From: Candidatus Levyibacteriota bacterium
GTDB lineage: Bacteria; Patescibacteriota; Microgenomatia; Levybacterales; UBA12049
DNA: 64,000 bases
Direction of reading: 5' to 3'
Assembly: GCA_016214555.1 (NCBI GenBank)
Contig: JACROF010000016.1
Span: forward strand, 633 to 64,632
The stretch's first letter is position 1; each line of letters begins with the position of its first letter. The position numbers and the translations under genes were made by a program. Shown here piece after piece: positions 38,222-46,455 of the stretch. The notes below the pieces were generated by a model that saw only the letters and a program-made list of their open reading frames with translations, was not told the origin of the DNA and did no database searches.

Positions 38222-38644
38222 ATGGTAAATAAAGACAAAAAACGAGTGGATTTAACGCCAATAAGGCGGTTAAAACTTTCTCTTCTGAGCGGATTTCTTT
38301 TTGTGATTATTATTGGTGTGATGTTTACTTTTTCACACAAGGTTTATGAGTCCGGTACTCACACAAATCAAAAAATATCTGAATATAGTCAAAAAGTGTC
38401 TGAAAGAGACTATTTTTCCTACCAGGGGACAAATGGGAAAGATGCTTTGGAAATGCTGCAAAAATTAACCAATGTCCAACAAGACAGTTCAGGTCTTGTC
38501 ATTTCAATTAATGGACGAAGAGCCCTATCTGATAAAAGAGAATATTGGTCATTTTTTGTTAATGTAAAAATGGCTGAAGTTGGTACTGCTGAATACCAGA
38601 CAAGCGATAAAGATTTTATTGAGTGGAGAATTCAAAAATATTAA
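38222..38644 (+). CDS. membrane-anchored protein; a B12-binding/uptake role is inferred from context only
   Basis: TM LSLLSGFLFVIIIGVMF; start placed at ATG 38222 because the TTG at 38201 lies inside the terminator hairpin. Confidence 0.45.
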   Translation: MVNKDKKRVDLTPIRRLKLSLLSGFLFVIIIGVMFTFSHKVYESGTHTNQKISEYSQKVSERDYFSYQGTNGKDALEMLQKLTNVQQDSSGLVISINGRRALSDKREYWSFFVNVKMAEVGTAEYQTSDKDFIEWRIQKY

Positions 38645-39165
38645 TGCGAGATTCAATTCTTTTCCCAATTTTTATTATTTTTCTTGGCGGTCTCATGCGA
38701 CTTGTGCCTCATGTTCCTAATTTCGCACCAATTACTGCAATAGCTCTTTTTGGAGGGATGTATATGAATAGGAAGTATGCTCTCATCTTGCCATTTATTA
38801 TTATGGTTATCTCAGATTTTTTTCTTGGTTTTCATGACACGCTAGTGTTTGTTTATGGAAGCTTTTTAATTTCTGGCTTACTAGGTCTTGGAGTAAGAGA
38901 GTATAAAACAGCGGGCCGAATTTTATTGATCACCATAGCAGCTTCAATACAATTTTTTATTATCACAAATCTTGGTGTTTTTCTTGCAGGACATATCTAC
39001 CCAAAAACAATACAAGGATTTATCGACTGCTATGTCATGGCCTTGCCATTTTTTCGCAATACTATTGTTGGTGATGTTTTGTTTACAACTTCGTTTATTC
39101 TCGCTTTTGAACTTCTAAAACAACTTGCTCACAAAGTAAAGCCTGCCTTAGTAAAGGAAAAATAA
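38644..39165 (+). CDS. 5-6 TM membrane protein, ECF-transporter S-component-like (putative vitamin uptake)
   Basis: size and topology; translationally coupled (ATG overlaps the upstream TAA). Confidence 0.4.
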   Translation: MRDSILFPIFIIFLGGLMRLVPHVPNFAPITAIALFGGMYMNRKYALILPFIIMVISDFFLGFHDTLVFVYGSFLISGLLGLGVREYKTAGRILLITIAASIQFFIITNLGVFLAGHIYPKTIQGFIDCYVMALPFFRNTIVGDVLFTTSFILAFELLKQLAHKVKPALVKEK

Positions 39166-39734
39166 TGCCGATATATACACGACGAGGAGACAAAGGACAA
39201 ACATCGCTTTTTGGAGGAACACGCGTTCTTAAATCAGACGAAAGGGTTGATACCTACGGGACTATCGATGAGCTCAATAGTCTTGTGGGGGTTGTTGTTG
39301 CACATATTGAAAATAGGCATAAAAAATTGGCGTCTTTTTTAGAGAGTATTCAGCATGATCTTTTTGATATCGGATCGTATCTTGCCAACCCCAAGGCGCT
39401 TCCCGTCAAAAGGCTTGAAGATAGAGTAGAGTTATTTGAAAAAGAGATTGATCACATGACAGAAAGAATGCCAGAGTTGCATAATTTTATTCTTCCAGGA
39501 GGAGGAAGGGTGGGGGCGAGCCTTCATCAGGCTAGGACTGTTTGTCGACGAACAGAAAGAAGGCTTGTTGCTCTTATCCAAAAAGAAGAAGTTGATGAGA
39601 CTGTTGTGAAATATGTTAATAGACTTTCGGATTTACTTTTTACGATGGCTCGTTTTGTCAATCACAAAGAAAAGAAAAAAGAAACAAAGTGGACTCGCCT
39701 CGATTCAATCGAGCCGAAGCTGGTTAAACAATAA
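39165..39734 (+). CDS. ATP:cob(I)alamin adenosyltransferase, PduO type
   Basis: MPIYTRRGDKGQTSLFGG N-terminal signature. Confidence 0.8.
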   Translation: MPIYTRRGDKGQTSLFGGTRVLKSDERVDTYGTIDELNSLVGVVVAHIENRHKKLASFLESIQHDLFDIGSYLANPKALPVKRLEDRVELFEKEIDHMTERMPELHNFILPGGGRVGASLHQARTVCRRTERRLVALIQKEEVDETVVKYVNRLSDLLFTMARFVNHKEKKKETKWTRLDSIEPKLVKQ

Positions 39735-39919
39735 TATCGGGTGAATCCTGTGCCCCGCATCGACTCAAATCGAGGCGAGAATTCAGGGCTGTGCCGCAAC
39801 TGTCCTTCGACAAGCTCAGGATAAATTTTTCTGAATTGTTTAGAGGGAAAAGTCAGATCCCCGTTGCCATCTTCCGAGCAGAAGGACATTTTTTGTACTC
39901 CTCGGAAAGGAGTTTTTTT

Positions 39920-41347
39920 ATGGAACGATTATCAACACTTAGTCATGTAATTAAAAAAGAAGCAGCAGCTCGCGTTGCTGGATCAGTACTGTCTTTGTCG
40001 GGGGGGTATAGTGATATGGCTTCAGATATTGCTTCACCTGCTCCTATTATCCGACTAGAGCAGGATGGAGGATTGCAGCGTTATCAGCAGGAGTTTGCAA
40101 ATATCTATGAGATCAGGCGTGATTTTGATAGTGCCCTCAATATAGATACGAGCTACAGACTTTTATCCTGGGATGCTGTTAAATCTCGTAATCGATTTGA
40201 ACAGTGTAGAGACAAAAGAGAGCAGTATGGCTGGCTAAAAAATGAATACAAAGATATCGCAAGCACTCTTCGTGAGCGCTATAACTGTCTTGAGAGCCCA
40301 ATGGATTTTTTTCTGGGTGAAGATGGCAATCTTTACAACAGTGAATTTCCAGCAGAGCCAATACTTACCATTATTGAGCGAGGAGTTTTGTATCAGGAGG
40401 CGCAGGGATCTCAAGAGATTGAGAGAGAGCGAAGCGAACTTATAGGCATTAGCAAAGTCCAGGAATATTTTGCCGACAAAGCAACAGAGATTGGCTCAAC
40501 CATGCTTCTTTTTTCACCACCAGGAACAGTCACAGGAAGTCCTTATGTTAAAAAATTTGTTGATAAATATGTACTAAGCGAAGATCCTGTGACAGGAAAA
40601 AGAATTGTGACGGGAAAGCGATACTCGACCATTATGTCATATCAAGAGTATCAAGATGCGGTTCTCTCGCTTGATCCTGTCTATTTTGACGATGAAGAAG
40701 GGACAATAGATGCTATTCTGCTTCGGAAGCCAATAAAGCTTGAAGGATTTGAGAATCACGAGAGGTTATTGGAGCAAATATTATCTTTTGATCCTGATGC
40801 ATTAACAGGATATGAGTTTGCGATTGTGGATATGATATGTGAACCGATAAAGCCACTTTTAATTGATGCGATAGTCAATTGGAATCCTAAAACAATCGCG
40901 CATATATTTAATACACTTTTGCATATTGGTGATGAGGCAAATGCTTTAGTAAGACAAGGTGATGTTGAAGGTATTAAAGCGATGTTGGTATGGAGTAGGA
41001 GTCTTGACCAAGAAAAGGCGGAGAAAGAGGTTGGGAGAAGAGGAAATCTTCCAATTGAGGTATTAGCTGTTGGTTGTGGTGATTCTGGTGGATTTTTTGA
41101 TAATAGTGTTGGACAGTTTGGTATAGCACCAGAAAATGACCCCAATTTGTGTAGATGTCAGGGAGCAAAGCCTCATTTTCATTGTGGAGGAAGCATCGAA
41201 CAGGCTGTAAAAGATGAAGATGGAAATGTTATCTATGATGAAACAGGAAAAGAAAAGATAGAAGAAATAACGTGCCAATTTAAAGTAATTGTCGGACATG
41301 GAGTAAAAAAATGTCCTGAGTGTGGTCGAGGCGCAGTCTGCGCCTAA
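39920..41347 (+). CDS. hypothetical 475-aa protein with C-terminal Cys clusters (CRCQ...HFHCGG, CPECGRG); SD AAGGAG
   Basis: ORF; start at ATG 39920 after AAAGGAG; the track ORF's upstream extension is discounted. Confidence 0.55.
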   Translation: MERLSTLSHVIKKEAAARVAGSVLSLSGGYSDMASDIASPAPIIRLEQDGGLQRYQQEFANIYEIRRDFDSALNIDTSYRLLSWDAVKSRNRFEQCRDKREQYGWLKNEYKDIASTLRERYNCLESPMDFFLGEDGNLYNSEFPAEPILTIIERGVLYQEAQGSQEIERERSELIGISKVQEYFADKATEIGSTMLLFSPPGTVTGSPYVKKFVDKYVLSEDPVTGKRIVTGKRYSTIMSYQEYQDAVLSLDPVYFDDEEGTIDAILLRKPIKLEGFENHERLLEQILSFDPDALTGYEFAIVDMICEPIKPLLIDAIVNWNPKTIAHIFNTLLHIGDEANALVRQGDVEGIKAMLVWSRSLDQEKAEKEVGRRGNLPIEVLAVGCGDSGGFFDNSVGQFGIAPENDPNLCRCQGAKPHFHCGGSIEQAVKDEDGNVIYDETGKEKIEEITCQFKVIVGHGVKKCPECGRGAVCA

Positions 41348-41417
41348 TTACTAAAGCTGGAGAACCGAAGCTAATTTCATTGTCTGATTTTGGTATTCGT
41401 GTTAAGATAGTCATACT

Positions 41418-41915
41418 ATGGATAATTCCCAAAATACAACACCACCTCCTGTTCCTGTCTCAAATCAGACTTTGACCATGGATCCAAATCAGATGTCGCT
41501 TCCTCAAGCTCAAAAGCCTTTACCTCAGGCGCCTCAGGGAATTCAGGCTCCTCCTCAGTACAGAGGTGGAGGTCCTCATAAGGAAGTGGCTCCAGTACCC
41601 CAGGCGCCCGTTGCTGAATATATTCGTCCAACTGAAGTAACACCGCAACTCCACCCAGAACTCCAGGAGGCAGGCGTAGAGACGGTGGAGAATAAAGAGC
41701 AGCCGATTCTGACGCAAGATCACAAGCAAGCAGGCATAGAATATGCAAGAGAAGCAACACCAGTTGTTATTCCACAACCCACAACAATCACATTGCCTTA
41801 TGCTTTAGATGAGGCAAAGCAAATTACCAAAAAAGTTTCTACCTCTGAATCAAAACATTGGCTCGCAGCCCTTACTGAGTATATTGTTCGAAAATTGCAG
41901 GCTGTTTCTGCCTAA
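41418..41915 (+). CDS. Pro/Gln-rich low-complexity protein; its stop is 4 nt from the downstream ATPase start
   Basis: ORF; compositional bias. Confidence 0.45.
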   Translation: MDNSQNTTPPPVPVSNQTLTMDPNQMSLPQAQKPLPQAPQGIQAPPQYRGGGPHKEVAPVPQAPVAEYIRPTEVTPQLHPELQEAGVETVENKEQPILTQDHKQAGIEYAREATPVVIPQPTTITLPYALDEAKQITKKVSTSESKHWLAALTEYIVRKLQAVSA

Positions 41916-41918
41916 TAT

Positions 41919-44276
41919 ATGGAAATACAGTCATTACTTATTACGTTTTTTGGAGGTATTTTTCTTATCGCTTTAATAGTACTTGTTCTTCTTGCGATAG
42001 GGTATATGGTGTTGTTGTGGATGAGGAACAAAGGGCGTGAGGCTGAGTCGCTTAGTTCGGTATTAATGCAGGTATCATTGCCTCGAGATAATGAGATTAA
42101 AATTGATGCAGCAGAGCAATTATTTGCGAGCCTTGCATCGCTTCGAAAATCAAAGAGATTAGATTATTTTAGTAGACAGCCACACGTTTCATTTGAAATT
42201 GTAGGCACCCCAGGCGATGTAAGGTTTTATATCAATGTCCCCATAAAGTTAAAAGATTTTATTGAGAAACAGATTAATGGATCATATCCAGACGCAGAAA
42301 TTGTTCAAGTAAATGATCCTGCTGCTAAGCAAAAAGAAAATGCGACAATTGCAGGTGAATACAATATTTTTTCCGATGCAGGAAAGGTTGCTTTTGCTTC
42401 CTTATCCCTTAAGCACGATGATTTTAAGCCGATCAAAGTCTTCAAAGACTTAGCCGTTGATTCGATGGCATCGGTTACATCTGTTCTTGCCAAAATGGGT
42501 GAAGGAGAAGGCGCTGCAATTCAGATACTTATTCAACCTGCAAATCCAAGATGGAAAGAGTCGGGGAAAGCATATCTTTCTAAGACAAAAAAGAATGAGT
42601 CAAATCCTGAGACCGCAAAGTACTCCTCTGATGCAAAAGAGCTTGAGGCGATCGAGAATAAACTGAGTAAACCTGGGTTTAACACAATAGTTCGACTTGT
42701 GGTTTCTTCAAGCTCCAAAGAAGCAGCAGATGCACATTTGAGCAATCTTATCGGTTCGTTTTCTCAGTACTCAGGAGTAAACATGTTTGGGAAAAATAAA
42801 CACTGGCTTAAAGGTCTTTTTGTTACTGATTTCATCTATCGCTATTTCCCTATGAGAGGACACACATCTGTCTTGACAAGTGATGAGCTAGCTACCATTT
42901 TTCATTTTCCTAATAAAAGTGTTCAAACGCCAGGAATTCATTGGGTGACCTCAAAAAGAGCTCCAGCTCCGGCAAGTATCCCAACTGAAGGGCTCTACCT
43001 TGGCAAGAGCACATTTCGAGGCATTAGTCGGCCTGTCTTTATTCAGGAATCAGATAGACAACGACATATGTATATCATTGGGAAAACTGGTACCGGAAAG
43101 TCAGAATTTCTCAAGCAATCTATCATGCAGGATATCAAAAATGGGGAAGGACTAGCAGTTATCGATCCTCATGGTGATTTAATTGAAGATATTCTTCAGC
43201 TTATGCCCCCTGAGAGGTCTGAGGATGTTATTCTTTTTGATCCATCTGATCTTGAACAACCGCTTGGTTTTAATATGCTTGAGGCTCAAAACGAGCAGCA
43301 GAGACATTTGGTTGTGACATCAGTTATTGGACTTATGTACAAACTATTTGATCCTAACAAAACGGGAATTATTGGACCTCGATTTGAACACGCTGTTAGG
43401 AATGCGATGCTTACGTGTATGTATCAGCCTGGAGCTACTTTTATGGAGGTAGTTCGCGCCCTCACTGACCCCGCTTTCGTCCAGGAGCTTTTGCCACGAG
43501 TTGAAGACCCTGTTATCAGAAGATATTGGACAGATCAGATTGCTCAGACGAGTGATTTTCACAAATCTGAAGTGCTTGATTATATCGTTTCAAAATTTGG
43601 TCGTTTTGTTACCAATAAAATGATTAGAAACATCATAGGTCAGTCAGAAAGTGCTTTTAATTTTAGAGAGGCGATGGATACCAAAAAGATTCTTCTTATC
43701 AATCTTTCAAAAGGAAAAATTGGCGAAGAGAACTCAAGCTTTTTGGGGCTCATTCTTGTGCCAAAGATTTTGGTTGCTGCAATGTCGCGACAGGATATGC
43801 CTATGGAAGATCGCAAGAACTTCTTCCTTTATGTTGACGAGTTTCAGAATTTTGCTACACCTGATTTTGCCCAAATTCTTTCAGAGGCTCGAAAATATCG
43901 CCTTAATTTGATCGTTGCCAATCAGTTTGTTGGACAGATGGAGGAGGAGGTCAAGAATGCTATTTTTGGAAACGTAGGAACAATTGCCGCTTTTCGAGTA
44001 GGTGTTACTGATGCCAATTATCTTCAGCACGAGTTTCAGCCTGTTTTTACGGAGGCCGATTTGATAAATATAGATAGATTTAATTGTTATATGAGGACTA
44101 TTGTTGGTGGCGAGCCTGTCCCTCCTTTTTCACTCGACACGACAAAGGATGTCGAGGCTGAAAAAAGGATGCGTGATCCTCGAGTTGCAGAGCTTGTCAA
44201 AGAATTGTCTCGTCTTAAGTATGGTCGTAATGCACAGATTGTCGAGGCTGAGATTGCTCAACGGTCGCGACTTTAA
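41919..44276 (+). CDS. membrane-anchored P-loop ATPase of the HerA/VirB4/VirD4 (T4SS-type, DUF87-like) clade
   Basis: N-terminal TM ITFFGGIFLIALIVLVLLAIGYMVLLW; Walker A IIGKTGTGKS at ~aa 388; VIDPHGDL; Walker B LYVDEFQNF about 250 aa later. Confidence 0.7.
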   Translation: MEIQSLLITFFGGIFLIALIVLVLLAIGYMVLLWMRNKGREAESLSSVLMQVSLPRDNEIKIDAAEQLFASLASLRKSKRLDYFSRQPHVSFEIVGTPGDVRFYINVPIKLKDFIEKQINGSYPDAEIVQVNDPAAKQKENATIAGEYNIFSDAGKVAFASLSLKHDDFKPIKVFKDLAVDSMASVTSVLAKMGEGEGAAIQILIQPANPRWKESGKAYLSKTKKNESNPETAKYSSDAKELEAIENKLSKPGFNTIVRLVVSSSSKEAADAHLSNLIGSFSQYSGVNMFGKNKHWLKGLFVTDFIYRYFPMRGHTSVLTSDELATIFHFPNKSVQTPGIHWVTSKRAPAPASIPTEGLYLGKSTFRGISRPVFIQESDRQRHMYIIGKTGTGKSEFLKQSIMQDIKNGEGLAVIDPHGDLIEDILQLMPPERSEDVILFDPSDLEQPLGFNMLEAQNEQQRHLVVTSVIGLMYKLFDPNKTGIIGPRFEHAVRNAMLTCMYQPGATFMEVVRALTDPAFVQELLPRVEDPVIRRYWTDQIAQTSDFHKSEVLDYIVSKFGRFVTNKMIRNIIGQSESAFNFREAMDTKKILLINLSKGKIGEENSSFLGLILVPKILVAAMSRQDMPMEDRKNFFLYVDEFQNFATPDFAQILSEARKYRLNLIVANQFVGQMEEEVKNAIFGNVGTIAAFRVGVTDANYLQHEFQPVFTEADLINIDRFNCYMRTIVGGEPVPPFSLDTTKDVEAEKRMRDPRVAELVKELSRLKYGRNAQIVEAEIAQRSRL

Positions 44277-44339
44277 CCTTCATTTCAGAAGTTCTTTCTG
44301 CTACAATCGTGCTATTCGTTTTGTGCTTTGTGGAGTTTT

Positions 44340-44411
44340 GGGTGTGTAGCTCAGTGGTAGAGCGCTATCCTTATAAGATAGATGTCCTTGGTTCGATCCC
44401 AAGCACACCCA
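44340..44411 (+). tRNA. tRNA-Ile with anticodon TAT (UAU)
   Basis: GGGTGTGTAGCTCAGTGGTAGAGCGCTATCCTTATAAGATAGATGTCCTTGGTTCGATCCCAAGCACACCCA; anticodon loop cuUAUaa. Confidence 0.75.
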
Positions 44412-44417
44412 CAAAGA

Positions 44418-45278
44418 TTAGAGCTCAGAGAGAGAAGAAGTGTCTTTTGCGCGGTCTTTTACGTACTCCAAATATCTTTCAGTTGTTGAAATTCTCTTGT
44501 GACCAAGAATCTTTGAAAGAAGGACAAGCGACACACCGTGTTTGAGGTGGTGTGCTACAAAGGTGTGGCGAAGATCATTTACTTTAGCATTCTCAATCTC
44601 AGCGATTCTGAAATATCTCTCAATTGCTGTTCTAATATTACGTACAAGAAATGGTTTTCCTGATTTGGTAATAAAGACGTGGTCGTCTGTGACTTGTGGC
44701 CGGATCTTAAGATATGCATTTAAAGCCTCTTTACTTGGATGATTAAGCGGAACAACTCTCTCTTCATGTTTTTCGTAAGGCCTAATTGAGAGATTGCCAT
44801 CTTTAATATCAGAAAGGCGAAGCTCAGCGAGTTCACCAATACGGATGCCTGTCTGGAGAAGAAGTTCAATAATAGCAAACATGCGTGCGTCGTGACGAGC
44901 TGCATCGCGAAGAGCTCGATATTCAGTAGGTTTAAGAATTCGAGGTGGTGCAAGTTCATAGCGTGGATGTGAGACAAGTAGGGATGGATCATCAGTAATC
45001 ATCTCATTTACCTTAAGAAACCTATAAAACGTTCGTGTTGAGTTAAGCTTTCGAGAAAGAGATTTTGGCGTATAGCCTTTTTCTGACATTTTAGCCAAAA
45101 AAGCCTGAATATCATCTGAGCTCACGTCATGAACATGATGCTTGTCCATCTCCTCAAGAAATGAAGCTAACTGATCAATGTCTTTTCCGTATGCTAGAAT
45201 AGTGCTACTGGAGTGCTTCTTCCCTTTAAGAAAATCAATAAATTTTTGGTGGGCATTTCGTATCGTTGTTGGTTGCAT
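44418..45278 (-). CDS. tyrosine site-specific recombinase (XerC/XerD-size; integrase family)
   Basis: N-terminal SAM-like core-binding domain; C-terminal R...H..R...Y catalytic pattern (LRHTFVAHHL...GHKRISTTERYL). Confidence 0.85.
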   Translation of the reverse strand: MQPTTIRNAHQKFIDFLKGKKHSSSTILAYGKDIDQLASFLEEMDKHHVHDVSSDDIQAFLAKMSEKGYTPKSLSRKLNSTRTFYRFLKVNEMITDDPSLLVSHPRYELAPPRILKPTEYRALRDAARHDARMFAIIELLLQTGIRIGELAELRLSDIKDGNLSIRPYEKHEERVVPLNHPSKEALNAYLKIRPQVTDDHVFITKSGKPFLVRNIRTAIERYFRIAEIENAKVNDLRHTFVAHHLKHGVSLVLLSKILGHKRISTTERYLEYVKDRAKDTSSLSEL

Positions 45279-45371
45279 AAGCTAGAATTATCCCATAATA
45301 TCAACTAAATTGCAACTAGTCAATAAGAGATTTGCTCAAAGCAGGGTTGAAAGGGAAGACATGGCTAATCA

Positions 45372-45722
45372 ATGAAAAGAATTCTTTACGTAATTATATT
45401 TATTTTCTCTCTCTTTATTATTAATAATTTGCTTCGTTCAATTTACAACCTTTGGCAGAAAAATGATCTTATTTCTGATGCTGTATCGCAACTTAATAAA
45501 GAAAAAAGAGAGTACGAAAAGCTGAGTGATCAGCTTGATAGAGTCAAAAAGATAGATTTTGTTGAGGAAGAGGCTCGAAATAAGCTTTTTTTGGTAAAAC
45601 CAGGAGAGCGAATGGTGATACTAGGTGATGTCAAAAAAGAAGGGAATAGGACAGGGTCTGAGAGTAAGCAGTACTCTTTTCATCCGTGGGGAGAGTGGAT
45701 ACAATTTTTGTTTGGGAAATAA
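45372..45722 (+). CDS. FtsB/DivIC-like septum formation initiator family protein
   Basis: TM plus coiled coil plus EEEARNKLFLVKPGE signature. Confidence 0.65.
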   Translation: MKRILYVIIFIFSLFIINNLLRSIYNLWQKNDLISDAVSQLNKEKREYEKLSDQLDRVKKIDFVEEEARNKLFLVKPGERMVILGDVKKEGNRTGSESKQYSFHPWGEWIQFLFGK

Positions 45723-45725
45723 ATA

Positions 45726-45749
45726 GGTGCCCGCCTTGCGGCGGGCACC
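45726..45749. terminator. perfect 10-bp GC-rich hairpin (GGTGCCCGCC-ttgc-GGCGGGCACC) between convergent genes; no T-run
   Basis: seen in sequence. Confidence 0.5.
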
Positions 45750-45767
45750 ACGTGATCGTGAATCTCT

Positions 45768-46412
45768 CTAGGGAGCAGCTGTAGGCACCGTAAGTGGATC
45801 AAGCGTTCCTGACTCGTAAGCCTCTTGGGCTTTGGAGGTCAAAACGATCTGATACATCTTATCAAGTGCCTGTGGTCCGGTCCACGTTTGGTCACCGACT
45901 GTTGCCTTGAGGCGCGAGCTCGGGAAGCCAAACATGTTGACAATAGTCGACTTGAGAAAGCCGGTTTCTCGCCACGTATCATAGCTTTGTAGCATGTCCA
46001 GAAGCTTGTTCTGGATATTTTTGTACGCCTCTCGACCTGCGCTGATGTAGTCCTGGATCTTTCCCCACAACTCAGTGAGGCCGGTCAGATCAGGATACGC
46101 CTCGGAGATGGCTGTGAAAAGAGGAGATCCTGATCCAAAGCCATCTTCGTCATAGCGACCCTTGACCGCGTCCTCGAGGACTTGATCGAGCGCATCGGTA
46201 CCCGCCTGGGCAACGCCGACCAGCTCGTAGAAGCCGCTGATGTAGGTGGAAAGCTCGTTTTGATTGCTCAGATATTGAGCAGTGAGCTGATTCTCCCGTT
46301 TGATCCCCTCATTTCTGATGCCGTTGATGTAGCTGTAGATGCTGCCACCAATGACACAGAGAAGCAGGAGAACGACGAGGAATCCAATGCCCACTTTTTT
46401 TCCTAAACCCAT
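45768..46412 (-). CDS. membrane-anchored protein in a GC-rich segment (weak LemA-like resemblance)
   Basis: TM IGFLVVLLLLCVIGGSIY; GC about 50%. Confidence 0.5.
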   Translation of the reverse strand: MGLGKKVGIGFLVVLLLLCVIGGSIYSYINGIRNEGIKRENQLTAQYLSNQNELSTYISGFYELVGVAQAGTDALDQVLEDAVKGRYDEDGFGSGSPLFTAISEAYPDLTGLTELWGKIQDYISAGREAYKNIQNKLLDMLQSYDTWRETGFLKSTIVNMFGFPSSRLKATVGDQTWTGPQALDKMYQIVLTSKAQEAYESGTLDPLTVPTAAP

Positions 46413-46455
46413 GGAGTCTTCCTTTCTGTTTGCAAAGCGAAAAAAAATCTAGAAA

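Noticed and set aside
39693-39777. 12-bp inverted repeat (CTCGCCTCGATT ... AATCGAGGCGAG) spanning the end of the adenosyltransferase gene and the upstream region of the 39920 operon
   Set aside because: Could be a terminator or regulatory stem, but one arm lies inside coding sequence and there is no U-run, so it is not called as a feature.
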